Source of the DNA: an uncultured Chloroflexia bacterium
GTDB taxonomy: Bacteria > Chloroflexota > Limnocylindria > Limnocylindrales > CSP1-4
Reading direction: 5' to 3'
NCBI GenBank assembly: GCA_963720825.1
Contig: CAVRGY010000005.1
Coordinates: 1,200 to 65,199, forward strand
Length of the DNA stretch: 64,000 bases
Within the stretch, counting starts at the first letter, position 1, and every line of letters begins with the position of its first letter. Positions 51,272 to 60,054 of the stretch are shown in pieces. Under the pieces are notes generated by a model. It was not told where the DNA came from. It was given only the letters and a program-made list of their open reading frames with translations, and made no database searches. Both the position numbers and the translations under genes were made by a program.

Positions 51272-52143
51272 TCAGGCGGCGTCGGCGCCGATGAGCACGA
51301 AGAAGCGACCGGTCGTGGTGAGCTCGATGCCCGTGAACCCTGCTCTCGCCAGCGCCGCCTCGAGCACCGCCGGGTCGTGCCAGGTCCAGTCGATCCCCGC
51401 GGGGAGGCCGGCAGCCGGATCCGGTCGCAGGTCGATGGCCGCGAGCCTCCCCCCACGACGCAGCCGGGACCGCAGCGATCGGGCCGCGGCATCGAGCCCG
51501 GCGCCCCGCACGCGCCCCAGCAGGAACGCGGCGACGACCGCATCCGCGGCAATGACCGCATCCGCGGCACCTGCGTCTGCCGGCCGGCCATCAGCGGGAG
51601 GCCACGGATCCGCGACATGGAGGTGCGCAAGCAGGTGATGTGCGACGAGCCGTTCACGGGCGCGGTCGAGGGCATCGCCGTCGGCGTCCGAGGCGTGCAG
51701 CTCCCCCTTGCCGGCGAGGAGGGGCGAGAAGAATCCGACGCCGGCGGCCGGCTCCTGGATTCGCCCCGAAAGGGGCTCCTCGTCCAGCCAGCGGGTGACG
51801 ACGTCGAGCTCCGCGTTCCACGCGGCATCGTGGATCGCGCCCCGCTCGAACTCACCCCGCCGCAGGAACCAGTCGTCGGGCAGGGCCATTTCCGGCGGGC
51901 GCACCGCGCGGTTCGGAGCGCGGGCGCCGTCGGTGCCGGCGACCGGGCGACGGCGGCAGCCGTGACACCGGCCGCCGCGCGCTGCTCGATCGCCGTCCGG
52001 AGGCGTCCACGGAGGAACGTGTTCGCACCCGCCTTGCCGAGGCAGTCCGGACACAGCTGGGCCCAGCCCTCGAGATCGTCGGAGCCGCGCACCGCCCACG
52101 TCGTGCCGCACCACAGGCAGTCGAACCGGGCGCGGTAGGTCAT
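51272..52143 (-). pseudogene. zinc-ribbon plus class I SAM-methyltransferase-like protein, one frame change
   Basis: N-terminal MTYRARFDCLWCGTTWAV...LCPDCLGKAG is in one frame. ...LPDDWFLRRGEFERGAIHDAAWNAELDVV...EPAAGVGFFSPLLAGKG...GGRLAAIDL is in another. The shift is at roughly 51900-51960. Confidence 0.6.
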
Positions 52144-52168
52144 CGCGGGGATCTCGCCGGGCGCCGGC

Positions 52169-53095
52169 TCAGCCGACCTTGGCCCAGCTGGCAGGTGGCG
52201 CCATCCCGTCGAATGCGAGCGGGTCGATCACCTCCGCCAGGACCTCGATCCCGTCCACGACCCTCGGACCCGGGCGCGAGAAGTGCGCCGACCCGTCGAC
52301 GGCATACACCCGGCCATCCTGCACCGCGCGCAGGTCGTCCCACCCGGCCGGGCGTGGCAGCTCGGCCCACGCGCGCACCGTGCGATCGAGATCGAACCCG
52401 CACGGCATCAGCACGATGATCTCGGGGTCGACCTCGCGCACGGCGTCCCAGCTGGTCTCGGCCGACCGGTCGCCCTCGTGGCCCAGCAGCTCCCAGCCGC
52501 CGGCCCGCCGCACCTGCTCGGGGACCCAGTGGCCGACCGCGAACGGCGGGTCCAGCCACTCGACCGCCACGACGCGAGGCGGGAGGAAGCCACCCTGCCG
52601 GCGGGAGGCCACGATCTCCTCGACCGCCCGCAGGCGCTCGCGCAGCTCCTCGACCAGGGCCACCGCCTCGTCCTCGGCCTCGGTCATCGCGCCCACCGTC
52701 TGGATCGCGTTGAGGACGCCTTCGATCGAGGTCGGTTCGAGGCTCACGACGCTCACCTCGCCCTCGAGCCTCCGAGCCACCTCGCTGACCTCCCGGTAGC
52801 CGACGGCGCAGACGCGACACTGGTCCTGGGTCAGGATCAGGTCCGGCCGAAGCTCTTCGAGGGCGGCCGCGTCGAGCACATGGAGCGAGGCGCCGGCCTC
52901 GACCGATCCCTCGACCAGCCGGTGGATCGCATGCGACGACGCGGTCGACAGGTCCCGGGCAGCGGTCGTGACCACGCGGATGTCGCGCGCCGCCGGCGGG
53001 TAATCGGAGTCGTGGCTGACACCGACGAGCTCGCCTCCAAGCCCGAGGGCAAACACGGTCTCGGTCGCCGACGGCAGGAGGGAGACGATTCGCAC
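52169..53095 (-). CDS. BtuF/TroA-like (periplasmic-binding-protein type 2 fold) protein without a signal peptide
   Basis: Reads MRIVSLLPSATETVFALGLGGELVGVSHDSDYP...PDLILTQ...PEIIVLMPCG. No N-terminal hydrophobic leader is present. Confidence 0.7.
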   Translation of the reverse strand: MRIVSLLPSATETVFALGLGGELVGVSHDSDYPPAARDIRVVTTAARDLSTASSHAIHRLVEGSVEAGASLHVLDAAALEELRPDLILTQDQCRVCAVGYREVSEVARRLEGEVSVVSLEPTSIEGVLNAIQTVGAMTEAEDEAVALVEELRERLRAVEEIVASRRQGGFLPPRVVAVEWLDPPFAVGHWVPEQVRRAGGWELLGHEGDRSAETSWDAVREVDPEIIVLMPCGFDLDRTVRAWAELPRPAGWDDLRAVQDGRVYAVDGSAHFSRPGPRVVDGIEVLAEVIDPLAFDGMAPPASWAKVG

Positions 53096-53182
53096 GCGTT
53101 CAGTCTAGGGGCGCGGCACGAAACCGCTGTCGGGTGCGCTGTGGAGAGCCGGGTGCGGAGCGGCGGCGGGCGCCGGGCGCGG

Positions 53183-53470
<288 letters not shown>

Positions 53471-53638
53471 GTCAGAAGCTCTCCTGGAGAAGATCGAGGG
53501 CTCGGGGCGCGGGAGCGACCACGCACCGCACAAGAGGGTACACCGGCACGCCGGAACCGGGAACGCACGGCCGCATCGGGAGCCGCCGGCTGCTTTGCGT
53601 GGCCCCGCGGCCGACCTCGTCGACGCGAGTCGCCGGCG

Positions 53639-54208
53639 TCAGCCTCCGGAGCTGGGCACCGGCAGCGCGGGCGGGCTCGCGAGCGGCACACCGGCGGCAT
53701 CGACGAACCTCACCGCAACGACCATCCCCTTCTGCCAGTGGCCGGGAATGTGGCAGCCGACAAACCAGCCAGCGGACGCGGAGGCGGCGTCGACCGGGAC
53801 GGTCCAGGTCACGTCGACCCGCTGGCCCGAGCCCACGACGACGCGCACGCCGCGAAACCCGGGCGGCGCCGCGACAACGGGCGTCGGGCCCGGCGGGCTG
53901 CCGACGGTCGCACCCTCCGCGGCCTCCCAGGCAAGCTGGTCGCCGAGATCTCCGATGATCGCCTCGTGCGTCTCCAGCCCGCCATTGACGACGTGGAGCA
54001 GCACGGTCTCGCCGGGCACGAGATCGACCACCGAGGGCACGAACGCGTAATCGTGGGCGACGATGTTGATCTCGCGCGGCGACGCGCTCGTCCCGGGCGT
54101 GATGGGCGGCGTGCCGGGTGGCGCAGCCGCGTCGCAGGACGAGACGCCGAGCGCAGCCGCGACGGCCAGCAGGAGCAGCAGCGGGAACCGGGCGGGTGAC
54201 GGACGCAT
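53639..54208 (-). CDS. cupredoxin-domain lipoprotein (type-1 copper site)
   Basis: Starts MRPSPARFPLLLLLAVAAALGVSSC (lipobox). It also has LETHEA and GCHIPGHWQKGM (His...Cys-x2-His-x4-Met). Confidence 0.8.
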   Translation of the reverse strand: MRPSPARFPLLLLLAVAAALGVSSCDAAAPPGTPPITPGTSASPREINIVAHDYAFVPSVVDLVPGETVLLHVVNGGLETHEAIIGDLGDQLAWEAAEGATVGSPPGPTPVVAAPPGFRGVRVVVGSGQRVDVTWTVPVDAASASAGWFVGCHIPGHWQKGMVVAVRFVDAAGVPLASPPALPVPSSGG

Positions 54209-54301
54209 CGCGCCATGATGCGTCAGGTCGCGCCGATGCCCATGCAGCGGGATCGCTCCTTGACACCGCGCGGCGGGGGCCCGTAGCGTGCGCGCCACCT
54301 C

Positions 54302-54339
54302 CAGCGGCGGCCGGGTCCATCAGCGGCGGCCGGGTCCAT
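54302..54339. repeat. perfect 19-nt tandem duplication
   Basis: cagcggcggccgggtccat occurs twice, back to back. It lies in the spacer between microprotein copy 2 and the cupredoxin gene. Confidence 0.9.
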
Positions 54340-54449
54340 CTGCGGCACCGCATCCGCGGCTGACCCGACGGCATAAGGGTCCCTGTCGACGCCGCGGGCG
54401 GCCTACCAGCGGCGGCCGTGCTCGCAGGCGCCCGAGCCCGGTTCCGAGT

Positions 54450-54548
54450 TCACCATCGCTTTGCTCCCTCGATGAGCACGGCCATGGCCAGCGCAAGGAT
54501 CGGCGCGGCGGTCCGGGTCGCCAGGACACGGCGAACAAGGGCGTCCAT
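54450..54548 (-). CDS. 32-aa hydrophobic microprotein ending in GAKRW (copy 2)
   Basis: MDALVRRVLATRTAAPILALAMAVLIEGAKRW. GGAGG lies 8 nt upstream of the ATG. It has the same length and C-terminal pentapeptide as copy 1. Confidence 0.55.
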   Translation of the reverse strand: MDALVRRVLATRTAAPILALAMAVLIEGAKRW

Positions 54549-54651
54549 CGGCACTACCTCCACCCGGCAAGCCGGATGCAACGACCGCGGGCCGATCCCT
54601 CCAAGGAGTGCCCGATCGAGCGACGCGGGCATGCAGCATCGCCAATGGCGC

Positions 54652-55431
54652 TTATCTGCGACTTATCTCATCGGCGAGCCTCGGACCCTCGACGGGCGAC
54701 ATCCGACAACGCGCGACGAGGTAGACCGGCACGGGCGTTCGATCCGGGGCGCGCGCGACCCAGTCGTCGCCGGGCACCGGCTCGACGGCGACCTCCACGA
54801 TCAGGCCGTGGCGTCGAAGGCCGTTCAGATAGGTCGAAAGCATCCGATGGTTCGCCCCGACCTGGCCGCGGATCCCGCTGTTCTGTGCCAACCACCAGCC
54901 CTCGGCGTAGTAGCCGCCCGTGGCCGGCCAGCTGCTGGGCGCGTCGGCATCCCAGCCAGGGAAGCACGGATGCAGGATCGAGAACACGAACCAGCCGTCG
55001 GGCACCAGGACCCGGCCGACCGTCGAGAGGGCCCCGTCCAGGTCATCGATATCGCTGAGGCCGAAGTTGCAGACCACACCGTCGAACGACCGACCCGGCA
55101 ACTCGTTCGGTCGCGCGGCATCAGCGTGGACGTACTCGATCGCGAGCGGAAAGTCCCTTTCGATCGCACGAGCTCGTTGCAGCAGCTCGCCTGAAAGGTC
55201 GACCGCGACCACCGCGCCACCCCGTCTCGCCAATTCCCGCGCGACCCGTCCCTGCCCGCACGCGAGTTCGAGCAAGCGGAGGCCGGCGCAGTCGGGCAGA
55301 AGCTCGAGCAGGGCGGCCGTCGCCGGGTCGGTGACGTCCTCGCCGACCAGCCGGTCATAGAACTGGGGGATCCCGTCGTACCGGGCGCGTCGCTCTGTCA
55401 CGGCTTGTTCCGTCGGCACCACACCAACCAC
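54652..55431 (-). CDS. class I SAM-dependent methyltransferase
   Basis: Reads LLELACGQGRVARELARRGGAVVAVDLS ... FDGVVCNFGLSDIDDL ... VLVPDGWFVFS. The proposed GTG start overlaps the YHS gene stop (TAGTG). The start is uncertain. Confidence 0.78.
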   Translation of the reverse strand: MVGVVPTEQAVTERRARYDGIPQFYDRLVGEDVTDPATAALLELLPDCAGLRLLELACGQGRVARELARRGGAVVAVDLSGELLQRARAIERDFPLAIEYVHADAARPNELPGRSFDGVVCNFGLSDIDDLDGALSTVGRVLVPDGWFVFSILHPCFPGWDADAPSSWPATGGYYAEGWWLAQNSGIRGQVGANHRMLSTYLNGLRRHGLIVEVAVEPVPGDDWVARAPDRTPVPVYLVARCRMSPVEGPRLADEISRR

Positions 55432-55601
55432 TACATCGACGGTTCGTAGTCCTCGGCCAGGTACTTCTCCGGGTCGTCCTTGAACTCGAGCAGGCAGCCC
55501 TTGCCGCAGAACCAGTAGGTCTTGCCGTCGTGCTCGAGCGACAGCTGCGACGTCGCGGTGTCGACGTCCATGCCGCATACCGGGTCCTTGACGATGGCCA
55601 T
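55431..55601 (-). CDS. YHS-domain (TRASH-like metal-binding) small protein
   Basis: MAIVKDPVCGMDVDTATSQLSLEHDGKTYWFCGKGCLLEFKDDPEKYL. Confidence 0.85.
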   Translation of the reverse strand: MAIVKDPVCGMDVDTATSQLSLEHDGKTYWFCGKGCLLEFKDDPEKYLAEDYEPSM

Positions 55602-55719
55602 TGCGATCTCCAGTGGTTTGAGCCGGTGGTCGATGTTGAGATCGAGGCTACCGCAGCCCGAATGGATCGGCCGAACGGCCCTCTCCCGCGCGGACGGCCG
55701 GGTTGTAGCATCGGCCACC

Positions 55720-56064
55720 ATGGACGATCCGACCACCACCGACGACCGCCGCGCCGCGCTCCTGGCCGAGCGGGCCCGGGTCGTCAGCGAGCTCAAGGAG
55801 CTCCGGATCGAGGCGCCGGGGCCGATGACGTACGGCTCGCAGGCCGCTGCGGCCAGCCACGTCGTCGACCAGCAGCGCGACCTCGCCCTGCGCGATCGCA
55901 ACGAGCAGCACCTGGCGGCCGTCGAGGCCGCGCTCGGGCGTCTCGACGCCGGCACCTTCGGACGGTGCACGTCGTGCCACCGATCGGTCGGTGAACCGCG
56001 GCTCGACGCGCTGCCCTGGGCCGCCCTGTGCATCGAGTGCCAGCGCGCCGTCCCGCGTCGATGA
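55720..56064 (+). CDS. TraR/DksA-family C4 zinc-finger protein
   Basis: Reads RLDAGTFGRCTSCHRSVGEPRLDALPWAALCIECQ. Confidence 0.85.
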   Translation: MDDPTTTDDRRAALLAERARVVSELKELRIEAPGPMTYGSQAAAASHVVDQQRDLALRDRNEQHLAAVEAALGRLDAGTFGRCTSCHRSVGEPRLDALPWAALCIECQRAVPRR

Positions 56065-57068
56065 CGGACGAGCGTCCCCTGCCGGCACTTGTCGAGCTGC
56101 CCGCCATCCTCGCCGCCGCCGAGACGCTGCGGGGCGTCGCGGTCCGGACGCCGCTGGTGCCGTTCGGGCGCCCGGAGCTTCGCCAGTGGCTCAAGGCCGA
56201 GTCGCTCCAGCCGATCGGCGCGTTCAAGCTGCGCGGCGCCTACACCGCCGCGGCGGCCCTGTCGCCGGAAGAGCGGGCGAACGGCCTGATCACCTACTCG
56301 TCGGGCAACCATGCGCAGGGCGTCGCCCGCGCCGCGCGGCTGTTCGGCGTCCCGGCGGTGATCGTGATGCCATCGGACGCCCCCGCGCTCAAGCGCGCCC
56401 GGGTGGAGGCGGACGGCGCGGAGATCGTCGTCGTCGGGACGGCCAGCGATGAGCGTCGGCGCATCGCGGAGGAGATCGCCGCGGCGCGCGGCCTGGCGAT
56501 CATCCCGCCCTACGACGACCCCCGCATCGTTGCCGGCCAGGGCACGGTGGGCCTCGAGATCGCGGAGGACATGCCCGACGTGGCGGCGGTCCTGGTGCCG
56601 ATCGGTGGCGGCGGCCTGGCCGCCGGGGTGTGCGCGGCGATCACCGCGCTCGCGCCGGAGGCCCGGCTGATCGGCGTGGAGCCCGAGCTCGCGGCGGACG
56701 CGCGCGACTCGCTCGCGCAGGACCGGATCGTCGCCTGGCCGGCCGAGAAGGTGAGCCGCACGATCGCCGACGGCACCCGGACGCAATCGATCGGCCGCCT
56801 CAACTTCGCTCACCTTCGGGCACAGCTCGATGCCGTGATCGTCGTCAGCGAGGACGAGATCGCCGCCGCCGTGCGGCTGGCCGCGGAGGAGGCCCGGCTC
56901 GTGGTCGAGCCCTCCGGGGCGCTGCCGATCGCAGCGATGCGGTTCCATGCGGAGGAGGCCGGCCTGGCGGCGATCGATGGACCGATCGTCGGCGTCGTGT
57001 CCGGCGGCAACGTGGATCCCGACCGGTACCGGGCCTACCTCGAGGCGCCGATCCCGCCGAGCCACTGA
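56061..57068 (+). CDS. PLP-dependent threonine/serine dehydratase (Trp-synthase beta fold)
   Basis: Reads ESLQPIGAFKLRGAY (PLP lysine), SSGNHAQGVA and VPIGGGGLAAG. The ATG overlaps the upstream stop as ATGA. Confidence 0.88.
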   Translation: MTDERPLPALVELPAILAAAETLRGVAVRTPLVPFGRPELRQWLKAESLQPIGAFKLRGAYTAAAALSPEERANGLITYSSGNHAQGVARAARLFGVPAVIVMPSDAPALKRARVEADGAEIVVVGTASDERRRIAEEIAAARGLAIIPPYDDPRIVAGQGTVGLEIAEDMPDVAAVLVPIGGGGLAAGVCAAITALAPEARLIGVEPELAADARDSLAQDRIVAWPAEKVSRTIADGTRTQSIGRLNFAHLRAQLDAVIVVSEDEIAAAVRLAAEEARLVVEPSGALPIAAMRFHAEEAGLAAIDGPIVGVVSGGNVDPDRYRAYLEAPIPPSH

Positions 57069-57205
57069 GGCCTGCGGCCACCGGATTTCCACCGGCCAGC
57101 TGGTGCCAGCGAACGACGTCACGCGTCGTACGTGGAGCTTGCGGGCGAAACCTGGCCACGAAACGCTCAGGTCGTTGCAACGGGGCGCTGTGGCGTGCGG
57201 CCTGC

Positions 57206-57399
57206 GCCACTCAACGATGGGGTGCGTGCTCGGCCAGAAGCTTCTGCCCACGACGCGCCTGATCGTTGAGTGGCCAACTGCCACCCCTGACCAGCGCCGC
57301 CCGCCGAACGACGTGAACGGCAGCACCGAGTTGCCGGTGGCGATGGCCCGGCGAAATGTGGTACGCCGCGGCGCACGACGCACAGGATCGTTGAGTGGC
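57206..57399. repeat. three copies of the 13-mer ATCGTTGAGTGGC (one inverted, two direct)
   Basis: gccactcaacgat is at 57206-57218. atcgttgagtggc is at 57262-57274 and 57387-57399. All lie in a 464-nt convergent intergenic region. Confidence 0.8.
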
Positions 57400-57479
57400 C
57401 GCCTCGTCATGAGCGGTCGGCGGCTGGCCGCCGGAGGGCCGGGAATGGCCGGCCCGGGAACGGACCGCGGTCTCGGGAC

Positions 57480-57513
57480 CCGGCGCACCTTCGGCACCGG
57501 CGCACCTTCGGAA
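57480..57513. repeat. 17-nt tandem duplication (one mismatch)
   Basis: ccggcgcaccttcggca / ccggcgcaccttcggaa. Confidence 0.85.
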
Positions 57514-57532
57514 CATCGATCCCGCCAGGAGT

Positions 57533-58749
57533 CTAAGGCCCGCCCTGCTCCCCGGCTTCCGCGGCCCGACGTGCCGCAAGCGCAACCTCGCGCTCCCGGA
57601 TCGCGGCCCGCTGCGGCTCCAGCCGGCGCTCCTCGCCGACCGTCCGCCGCTCCTCGTCGCGCATCCAGACCGCGACCAGCAGGAGCACGGTGACGAGGAA
57701 CGCGAAGTCGCCGCCCAGCCACATGATGGCGCCCGCCAGCTGCTGGTCCTCGAGCGGCGTCGGGCCCCACGAGCGCACGGTTGTCGCGTAGTGGTGGTAG
57801 AGCGGGGTGGATGCCATGTAGACGGCGACGGCGAGGAACGTCATCTGTGGCATCTGGATGCCGGCGTACATGACCCGGACCGCGGAGCTCATCCGCCACG
57901 GCGACGGGTCGGGACCGACGATCGGCCACCAGAACAGCAGCGCCGAGGCCAGGAACAGGGCGTGCTCCAGCATGTGGACGGGCACGTTCTCGAGCGACAG
58001 GTCGAACAGCGGTGAGAAATGGGTGCCCCACATGACCGCCGCGAACAGGACTGCGGCGACGACCGGGAACGACAGCGCCCTCAGCACGCGCGAGTGCAGG
58101 ACCGGCAGGATCCAGCGATGCCGCGTCTCGGCCGACGACGCGCGCAGGATCAGCGTGATCGGCCCTGCGTACAGGAGCAGCGGCGGGGCGATCAGGGTCA
58201 GCAGCAGGTGCTGGACCATGTGATCCGAGAACAGCGTCGTGTCGTACAGGCCGATCCCGGAGTCGAGCGCGAACAGGATCGTAGCCGATCCCACGCGAGC
58301 CAGGCGACGGTGCGGGCGCGCGGCACCGGGTTGTCGGGATGCGCCCGGTTGACGCGGGTGAGGCCGGCGCGCCAGAGCAGGATGGCGGCCAGCGCCGGCA
58401 GCCAGACGGTGGGATCGAACGACCAGTCGAGCAGGAACGACACCAATGTCGGCTCGCCCAGCAGCCGGCCCCCGTGGGCGAGCGCGGCGGGGACGGCGAC
58501 GAGCAGGCCGATGGGGACGGCGAGGAGCAGGCCGATGACGGGCGCGCCGGCAGCCCTGGCCGACCGGACGCCGACGCGGGCCGGTCGCGGGGCGGCGGCC
58601 GATAGGGCGGCGGCCGACGCGGCGGCCGGCGCGGCGGCGGACGTCGCGGCGCGGGCGCGGCGATCTGGCTGTCGCTCCTGACGAGGAATCACGCCCGTAT
58701 TGTCCCGCGATTCGCGACACGACCCGGTCGCGCGGGCCCCACGTGCCAT
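57533..58749 (-). pseudogene. ctaG: cytochrome c oxidase assembly factor CtaG (Caa3_CtaG family), one frame change
   Basis: N-terminal TM region ..FDPTVWLPALAAILLWRAGLTRVNRAHP..TVAWLAW is in one frame. GSATILFALDSGIGLYDTTLFSDHMVQHLLL...HMLEHALF... is in the next. The shift is at the run 58290-58292. The start is uncertain. Confidence 0.8.
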
Positions 58750-58865
58750 TCGGCAGGGGTGGATGGTCCATCCGGACCCCCCGCGCCGCGATCCTCTTGT
58801 ATGATGCGCGCGTCCGGCGCCCCCTTCGGGGCGGCGCGCGTCCCCGGACGGCGACCTCCAGCTGC

Positions 58866-58879
58866 TTGACCGCGGTCAA
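58866..58879. promoter_or_regulatory. perfect 14-bp palindrome TTGACCGCGGTCAA (TTGA-N6-TCAA) in the ctaG/ctaC divergent region
   Basis: Read directly from the sequence. It ends 35 nt upstream of the ctaC ATG. Its geometry matches CRP/FNR-family half-sites. Confidence 0.4.
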
Positions 58880-58913
58880 ACGTTGATCGCGGCAAGAACA
58901 TACGAGGAACCCG

Positions 58914-60044
58914 ATGTCGATGCCCCCCCGGTCGAGGACCGGGTCCGGCCCCCTTGTTGCCGGGCTGCTCATCCTGTTGGCCGTCGCGGTCGCCGCGATC
59001 GTCCTGTACGCCTCGGGCGCGACGCTGCCCGGGATCTGGGACAGCTTCTTCCCGGTGGCCGGCGGGGACGGGGTCACCGATCGATCCCACAGCACCAAGT
59101 CCCTGTACGACATCGTGTTCTATATCGCGGCGGCGATCTTCGTCCTGGTCGAAGGCGTGATCGTGTTCACCGTCTTCCGCTATCGACGCAAGCCCGGCGA
59201 CGACGAGCTGCCGCCGCAGATCCACGGCAACAACCTGGTCGAGGTCATCTGGACCGCCATCCCGACGGTCATCGTCGCGTTCCTGTTCGTGATGTCGTGG
59301 CAGACCCTCAACACGGTCGACGCGAAGACGCCCAGCGACATCTACGTGCGCGCGGTCGCCGCCCGGTTCCAGTGGTCGTTCGACTACCTCGACCGGCCCG
59401 ACGGCCCCGATGCCAAGGTGCTGTTCTCGCAGGCGCTCCCGGTGGGCGACACCGGCGGCCTGTTCCTGCCCGTGGGCGAGCCCGTCCAGGTGAGCCTCCG
59501 CAGCCTCGACGTGATCCACGCGTTCTACGTCCCCAAGTTCCTGTTCAAGCGGGACGTGATCCCGGGCAAGACGAACACGTTCGACTTCACCGTGGACGAG
59601 GCGGGCACGTATCGGGGCCAGTGCGCGGAGCTGTGTGGCCCGTTCCACGGCTCGATGGTGTTCGACGTCCACGCGATCCCGAAGGCGGACTTCGACAGCT
59701 GGCTCCAGAAGCAGATCGAGGAGGCGAGCGCGACCCCGGCACCGGCCGCGTCGGGCGCCGCCGAGGGACCGGTCGTCGAGCTCGCCGCGCAGAACATCGC
59801 GTTCTCGACGGGTGACCTCCAGGCACCGGCCGGCCAGCCGTTCACGATCCATTTCAAGAACGATGACACCAGCGTCCCGCACGACGTCGAGATCAAGGAC
59901 GGGAGCGGCAACGTCGCGTTCAAGGGCGACATCATCACCGGCCCTTCCGATACCAACTATTCCGTCCCGGCCCTCACGGCGGGCACCTACACCTTCCAGT
60001 GCACCGTTCATCCGAACATGACCGGCACGCTCACGGTCCAGTAA
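58914..60044 (+). CDS. ctaC: cytochrome c oxidase subunit II with an additional C-terminal cupredoxin domain
   Basis: It has two TM helices and the CuA site HAFYVP...GQCAELCGPFHGSM. An Ala/Pro linker follows, then about 95 aa with PHDVEI...FQCTVHPNMTG. Confidence 0.92.
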   Translation: MSMPPRSRTGSGPLVAGLLILLAVAVAAIVLYASGATLPGIWDSFFPVAGGDGVTDRSHSTKSLYDIVFYIAAAIFVLVEGVIVFTVFRYRRKPGDDELPPQIHGNNLVEVIWTAIPTVIVAFLFVMSWQTLNTVDAKTPSDIYVRAVAARFQWSFDYLDRPDGPDAKVLFSQALPVGDTGGLFLPVGEPVQVSLRSLDVIHAFYVPKFLFKRDVIPGKTNTFDFTVDEAGTYRGQCAELCGPFHGSMVFDVHAIPKADFDSWLQKQIEEASATPAPAASGAAEGPVVELAAQNIAFSTGDLQAPAGQPFTIHFKNDDTSVPHDVEIKDGSGNVAFKGDIITGPSDTNYSVPALTAGTYTFQCTVHPNMTGTLTVQ

Positions 60045-60054
60045 GGGAACAGGG

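Noticed and set aside
54302-54339. Direct repeats considered as a CRISPR array or IS/MITE termini. This also applies to 12049-12111 and 57480-57513.
   Set aside because: Each repeat has only two copies, either adjoining head-to-tail or separated by just 3 nt (12049-12111), so there are no CRISPR-length spacers. There are no cas, transposase or integrase genes in the window and no flanking inverted repeats.
58880-58914. Leaderless ctaC transcript inferred from the palindrome centre lying about 41.5 nt from the ATG, as in class II FNR promoter geometry.
   Set aside because: A GAGGAA Shine-Dalgarno sequence lies 4 nt upstream of the ATG, and no convincing -10 hexamer sits at the required position. 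The numerical coincidence is not enough.
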